64,000 bases of DNA from an uncultured Gammaproteobacteria bacterium (GTDB taxonomy: Bacteria; Patescibacteriota; Microgenomatia; Levybacterales; UBA12049), in the NCBI GenBank assembly GCA_964515545.1, contig CAZERI010000001.1, positions 205,553-269,552 of the forward strand, read 5' to 3'. Numbering within the stretch: position 1 is the stretch's first letter; each line of letters begins with the position of its first letter. Shown piece by piece: positions 59,970 through 64,000 of the stretch. The notes below the pieces were generated by a model. It worked only from the letters and a program-made list of their open reading frames with translations. It ran no database searches and was not told where the DNA came from. The position numbers and the translations under genes are program-made.

Positions 59970-61400
59970 ATGGAGAAAGCAGTGTGGGACGCAAAGTCTC
60001 AATATGAAGAGCTTAATAAGGATGAGGAAGTCTTTGACTGTATGGTGGCAGAATTTCTCTTATCGGATGGTCGTTACATCCCAACAGAAGAGAGAGCCTT
60101 ACAGGACTATCATGCAAAATCTCTTGGGGAATTAGCTGGCATCCAACGTCAAAAGCTTGAGGGAATACCAACGCTGCAAAAATTATTTACTGAAATTGAG
60201 ATGCCTCTCATCCAAATTTTAGCCAGGATGGAGCTGAACGGAATTGAGCTCGATACGGAGCGCTTGAGAATAGTAGGAGAGGAAATTCAGAAGGCAATTA
60301 CAGTCCTGGATGAAAAAATAAAAAAAGAAGTCGGATTTGACATTAATCTTAATTCAAGTATCCAGGTAGGAAATTTCCTGGCAGAAAAAGCCGGAGTTCC
60401 GCTCTCTAAGACCAAGACTGGAAGATATGCTACTAATGAGGCAGAGATCTCCAAATTTGCAGAGCAATTCCCAATTGTTGCTGACCTTCTTAACTATCGT
60501 GAGCTGACTAAGCTCCGATCAACCTATGTTGAGAGCCTTATAGACAAAGTGGATGAGAAGAAGAGAGTTCACACGACCTATAACCAAGTGGCTGTGAGTA
60601 CAGGAAGGCTCTCCTCATCAAATCCAAATCTTCAGAATATTCCGGTATCGTCTCAGTTTGGTCAGAAAATTAAATCATGCTTTGTGGCAGGAAAGGGGAA
60701 TATTTTTCTGTCATTTGATTATTCTCAGCAGGAGTTAAGAATATTGGCTCATTTGACAGGAGAAGAGAAGCTGATTGATGCTTTTACTAATAATCGTGAT
60801 GTTCATAAGATAACAGCTAGTCAGATTTTCCATGTTCCCTATGAAACAGTCACAAAAGAGCAGCGGGTGGTAGGCAAGACGATTAACTTTGGCATTATTT
60901 ATGGCATGAGCAGTTATGGTATGAGTGTGGGACTTACCATACCTGTTGATGAGGCGCAGGGGTTTATCGATACGTTTTATGCAACCTATCCTAAAATTCA
61001 GACGTATTATGAGAATTACCTTAAGCAGGCAAAAATTAATGGATTTGTTGAGACTATGCTTGGGCGAAGGCGCTATGTCTTTGAGTATCCCCAGCAGAAG
61101 TCTATTGATAACTCTATGCGACGTGTTCTGATGAACTATCCGATCCAGGGAACTGCAGCGGATCTTATGAAAAAAGCGATGATTGATATTGATCGCGAAG
61201 TCTTATCCAAAGAAAAAGAGGTAAAGCTCCTTCTCCAGATTCATGATGACTTGGTATTCGAGGTCCCTGATGATAAAGCAAAAATAGAAAAGTTGACTCA
61301 GATGATTAAAAAAATAATGTGTGAAGTATACCCACTTTCAGTTCCTATTGAGGTTGATGTAAAGATAGGTAAGAATTGGGGAGAGATGGAAAAGTTGTAG
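59970..61400 (+). CDS. polA: DNA polymerase I polymerase (family A palm/fingers) domain only, 476 aa
   Basis: Motif A region, RRVLMNYPIQGTAADLMK (motif B) and QIHDDLVFEV (motif C); no 5'-3' or full 3'-5' exonuclease domains upstream. Confidence 0.8.
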   Translation: MEKAVWDAKSQYEELNKDEEVFDCMVAEFLLSDGRYIPTEERALQDYHAKSLGELAGIQRQKLEGIPTLQKLFTEIEMPLIQILARMELNGIELDTERLRIVGEEIQKAITVLDEKIKKEVGFDINLNSSIQVGNFLAEKAGVPLSKTKTGRYATNEAEISKFAEQFPIVADLLNYRELTKLRSTYVESLIDKVDEKKRVHTTYNQVAVSTGRLSSSNPNLQNIPVSSQFGQKIKSCFVAGKGNIFLSFDYSQQELRILAHLTGEEKLIDAFTNNRDVHKITASQIFHVPYETVTKEQRVVGKTINFGIIYGMSSYGMSVGLTIPVDEAQGFIDTFYATYPKIQTYYENYLKQAKINGFVETMLGRRRYVFEYPQQKSIDNSMRRVLMNYPIQGTAADLMKKAMIDIDREVLSKEKEVKLLLQIHDDLVFEVPDDKAKIEKLTQMIKKIMCEVYPLSVPIEVDVKIGKNWGEMEKL

Positions 61401-61419
61401 CCTGTGCTACTATTTCAAT

Positions 61420-62163
61420 ATGACTGAGTTTGGAGAATCTTCTCTACCTAAAGAATCTTCTTTTCCTCCTGAACAGAGAGAAAAAATGGCTTATGACATC
61501 CAAACACTCTCAAATCTTCGCCAGTACGCACAGGATAATAATTTTGTTTTTGTTTTAACGGGCGGATATGCTGTCGATGCCCTCGATGGTGGAAAGGTAA
61601 GCAGATTTCATAGTGATATGGATGGGGTATTTTTTATCCCTGAGAGTGTGAGCATGGGAGAGATAAAAGAAAAAGTAGGACAGCAGCTGGCATTAGAAAA
61701 AACCAAATGGAAACTGCATACGAGTGATGACTGGTTTATGGAATATAGAGAAGATGCTGATGATAAGCCTTGGGAGATGCGCAGGAGGATAGAGCTTGAT
61801 ATCTTTGAACCGGATCAACAAAGAAATATCGTCACAAAGACACTTCAGGATTTTAATGGTAATGCTCATGAATTCGAAGTAATTTCTGTAGCTGGACTTA
61901 TGGCAGCAAAAATACTGAGTATGACTCGCTTAGCAGCAATGTCTCCTGAGGAAAGAGAAAAAGAAGGATTTCGTGAGATGAAAGAGAGCGACACTCAGGA
62001 TTTCCTGCGTCTTATGTACCATGATGATTTTGATCGGGAAGAAGTCCTCCGTGAACTAGCATACTATAACCAGGACATAAGTGAAGGGGAATTAAGTAGA
62101 GAAGAAGCAGAGCTGAAAGCTTTTAAGCAGTGGACTGAGACTATCAGGATCTTATCAGCTTAA
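61420..62163 (+). CDS. nucleotidyltransferase-fold protein (ANT/Lnu-like)
   Basis: TGGYAVDALDGGKVSRFHSDMDGVF matches the hG[GS]...D.D NT-fold signature. Confidence 0.5.
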   Translation: MTEFGESSLPKESSFPPEQREKMAYDIQTLSNLRQYAQDNNFVFVLTGGYAVDALDGGKVSRFHSDMDGVFFIPESVSMGEIKEKVGQQLALEKTKWKLHTSDDWFMEYREDADDKPWEMRRRIELDIFEPDQQRNIVTKTLQDFNGNAHEFEVISVAGLMAAKILSMTRLAAMSPEEREKEGFREMKESDTQDFLRLMYHDDFDREEVLRELAYYNQDISEGELSREEAELKAFKQWTETIRILSA

Positions 62164-62211
62164 TTATGTTTTTGTTACAAACTTTTCCTATACTTTGGTA
62201 TACTATAGCTT

Positions 62212-62745
62212 ATGAGTAACCTTGCTGTTGAAGTCCTCCTTAATCAACTGAAATCAGCACATGAAAGTCTTGAAGGGACAATGGAAGGAGTAACTGATGA
62301 AGTGGCTCATTTTATGCCTCCAGGTACTGCTAATCCTATCGCCGGAACATATGCCCACGTAGTCTTCTCCGAAGATTTCTTTGTCCATCATTTTCTTAAA
62401 AAGACTAAGCCTCTTTTTGAAACAGCATTTAAAGATACTACTGGTGCAAGTGAGCTCCAGCCAACTGATTGGGAAGTAGCATACCCAAAATGGCTGAAAG
62501 AAGTGAATGTAGATATAGAAAAATTCCGTAAGTATGCGAAAGCAGTCTATGCTGCCAGTGAAGAGTATGTCGCTTCCTTAACCGATTCGGATTTGGAGAA
62601 GGATGTTGATATGAGTGCGTTTGGGATGGGGAAGAGAAAAGCATATGATTTCATCGCTAATATAATTAATGGTCATGTAACTTCCATAATGGGTGAAGTA
62701 GCTGTGCTCAAAGGCATCCAGGGCCTCAAAGGTTATCCCTTCTAA
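62212..62745 (+). CDS. DinB/YfiT-like (DinB_2) four-helix-bundle protein
   Basis: N-terminal LNQLKSAHESLEGTMEGVTDEVAHFMP pattern with conserved His positions. Confidence 0.5.
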   Translation: MSNLAVEVLLNQLKSAHESLEGTMEGVTDEVAHFMPPGTANPIAGTYAHVVFSEDFFVHHFLKKTKPLFETAFKDTTGASELQPTDWEVAYPKWLKEVNVDIEKFRKYAKAVYAASEEYVASLTDSDLEKDVDMSAFGMGKRKAYDFIANIINGHVTSIMGEVAVLKGIQGLKGYPF

Positions 62746-62758
62746 CCCTCAACATTAC

Positions 62759-63025
62759 TTATTCTTTAGTGATATCACCAGGAGGTATGGAGAGTTTATT
62801 AGGGGATGGAGGCGTGGTTTTTAACATAAGTATCTGTTCTGAGCTAAGACTTGCAGGTTTTCTTCCATCTTTTAAGTAAAGACATACGTCATCGATGATA
62901 CCCTCACAGCTAGTTCTGCCTTCCATCTCTGCTTTCGGGAAAGTACAGCCAATAGACTTGTTCCACCAGGTACACTCTTTTCCGAGATTATCTACTCTCG
63001 GATAAAATTTTTCAATCTCAGACAT
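62759..63025 (-). CDS. small Cys-containing hypothetical protein
   Basis: ORF only. Confidence 0.3.
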   Translation of the reverse strand: MSEIEKFYPRVDNLGKECTWWNKSIGCTFPKAEMEGRTSCEGIIDDVCLYLKDGRKPASLSSEQILMLKTTPPSPNKLSIPPGDITKE

Positions 63026-63160
63026 GTATCGGGGAGTATAGCAGAACCAAAAACAATCTCAAAATATATCAGGAGGCACTAGTAAGTGATCTTCGAACAA
63101 TTTGGACAAAAATAGAGAATAATTTTCTTAATGGGATGACTTTCTTATTAAATACTTCTT

Positions 63161-63487
63161 CTATGGAGCTATTGGGCTAAATATGAGGTCTTGGAGAGTT
63201 GTCCATACAGTAATTAATGGCCAAATTAACAGAATAACTAATAATAGCCATTGAAATTGTTTCTTTTTTATACTCTGCATAACGACAATTATGAACAGGA
63301 CAGTTGAGATTATTACAAGAACATCCATTAGGAAAAATGACAAAGGCCAGGAGTGTCCGCCACTGAGATTTACTATCCCAAGAGAATTGGCAAGTGTGTT
63401 ATAAGGAATTAGAAAACTAATTAAATACCAGGCAATTATTAATACGAGGAAAATTGTTACTTGTTTATTTTTATCAAACTTCACCAT
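63161..63487 (-). CDS. small membrane protein, 3 TM
   Basis: Hydrophobic profile. Confidence 0.4.
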   Translation of the reverse strand: MVKFDKNKQVTIFLVLIIAWYLISFLIPYNTLANSLGIVNLSGGHSWPLSFFLMDVLVIISTVLFIIVVMQSIKKKQFQWLLLVILLIWPLITVWTTLQDLIFSPIAP

Positions 63488-63532
63488 TCTATCTTAACAT
63501 TAAAGAGTTGCATGACAGTTTAGGGAGAGTTG

Positions 63533-63603
63533 CAGGGCTGCTCAGATTCGAACTGGGAAAAGCGGTTTTGGAGACCGCCGTGATACCATTTCACCACAGC
63601 CCT
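63533..63603 (-). tRNA. tRNA-Trp (anticodon CCA)
   Basis: Manual fold: acceptor AGGGCTG/CAGCCCT, D-stem GTGA/TCAC, anticodon stem GCGGT/ACCGC with loop CTCCAAA, T-loop TTCGAAT; 71 nt. Confidence 0.75.
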
Positions 63604-63727
63604 CTATTAGCAAATGGCAGATCGCCTATGGCTAATGGTCTCTATTATACTAAAAAAGCGCCATTGGCGCTTCCTTTTTAACCATTTACTAGTAGCTATA
63701 TGCCATAAGCAAAACAAAAATTAAAAT

Positions 63728-63904
63728 TTATTTCAATTTTTCTACTTCCTTATGTTCAGTAACTTTTCGGCAATGTTTGCAGAATTTGTTAAGTTTCAAC
63801 TTATCTGGAGTCTCAAGCTTATTTTTTTGTGAGACGTAATTGCGGTTTTTGCAAACCTGACAGACAAGTCCAATTATTATTCGATGTTCACCTTTTTTTG
63901 GCAT
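63728..63904 (-). CDS. rpmG: 50S ribosomal protein L33
   Basis: Hand translation MPKKGEHRIIIGLVCQVCKNRNYVSQKNKLETPDKLKLNKFCKHCRKVTEHKEVEKLK with the 4-Cys zinc ribbon; below the ORF-track size cutoff. Confidence 0.8.
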   Translation of the reverse strand: MPKKGEHRIIIGLVCQVCKNRNYVSQKNKLETPDKLKLNKFCKHCRKVTEHKEVEKLK

Positions 63905-64000
63905 AAATTAGTCCTCCTAGAGCGATATTATACATGATCTGAGGCAGAAAGAAAAGTGAGCCGATGATGGGAATCGGACCCATGGCCTAGTTCTTACCAA

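Noticed and set aside
63454-63681. 75-aa plus-strand ORF
   Set aside because: It overlaps the minus-strand tRNA-Trp, which has a complete cloverleaf, and has no SD.

Overview
The window is about 64 kb of a low-GC (roughly 40% by eye) bacterial chromosome. Its gene content looks like a Candidate-Phyla-Radiation/Patescibacteria-type organism: giant surface ORFs, a sortase, a type IV pilin, galT, otsA and a split polA. That placement is inference, not a database result.

The housekeeping backbone is recognisable:
- 5'-partial ComEC-like MBL domain, argS, M16 peptidase, ndk, tRNA-Arg(CCT), mreB, a TagA/WecG glycosyltransferase and a GT20 OtsA-like synthase.
- A classic minus-strand operon secE-nusG-rplK-rplA-rplJ-rplL, then galU, a PAP2 phosphatase and a DUF4118-GAF sensor kinase.
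- A stand-alone PolA polymerase domain, and tRNA-Trp(CCA) plus rpmG at the far right end.

Cell-envelope content is unusually rich:
- Two giant secreted proteins (2357 aa and about 2370 aa). The second is translationally coupled to a MacB/FtsX-type ABC transporter.
- A sortase, a type IV pilin, a LytR_C protein and a class-A beta-lactamase-like hydrolase.
- A five-gene minus-strand operon of paired secreted Thr/Ser-rich proteins and signal-peptide/C-terminal-anchor proteins, which resembles Gram-positive WxL/DUF916 loci.

The most unusual signals:
- Three short, sharply GC-rich gene cassettes at about 8.8-9.7 kb, 44.8-46.2 kb and 56.0-57.2 kb. Each has strong Shine-Dalgarno sites, its own hairpin terminators and, for the minus-strand ones, a shared promoter-like motif.
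- A 3-kb accessory stretch at 44.6-47.7 kb containing an excisionase-like HTH gene and a segment flanked by 16-bp direct repeats.
- A perfect 32-bp palindrome covering the start codon of the first giant gene.
- A duplicated palindromic leader element upstream of both rplJ and rplL.
- An in-frame (AAATCCG)x4 heptamer repeat inside argS.
- An 11.5-kb block separating tRNA-Trp/rpmG from secE, which breaks a widely conserved synteny.

No CRISPR array, rRNA, integrase or reverse transcriptase was recognised. No single obvious system dominates; the GC-rich cassettes and the WxL-like operon are the strongest candidates for something new.
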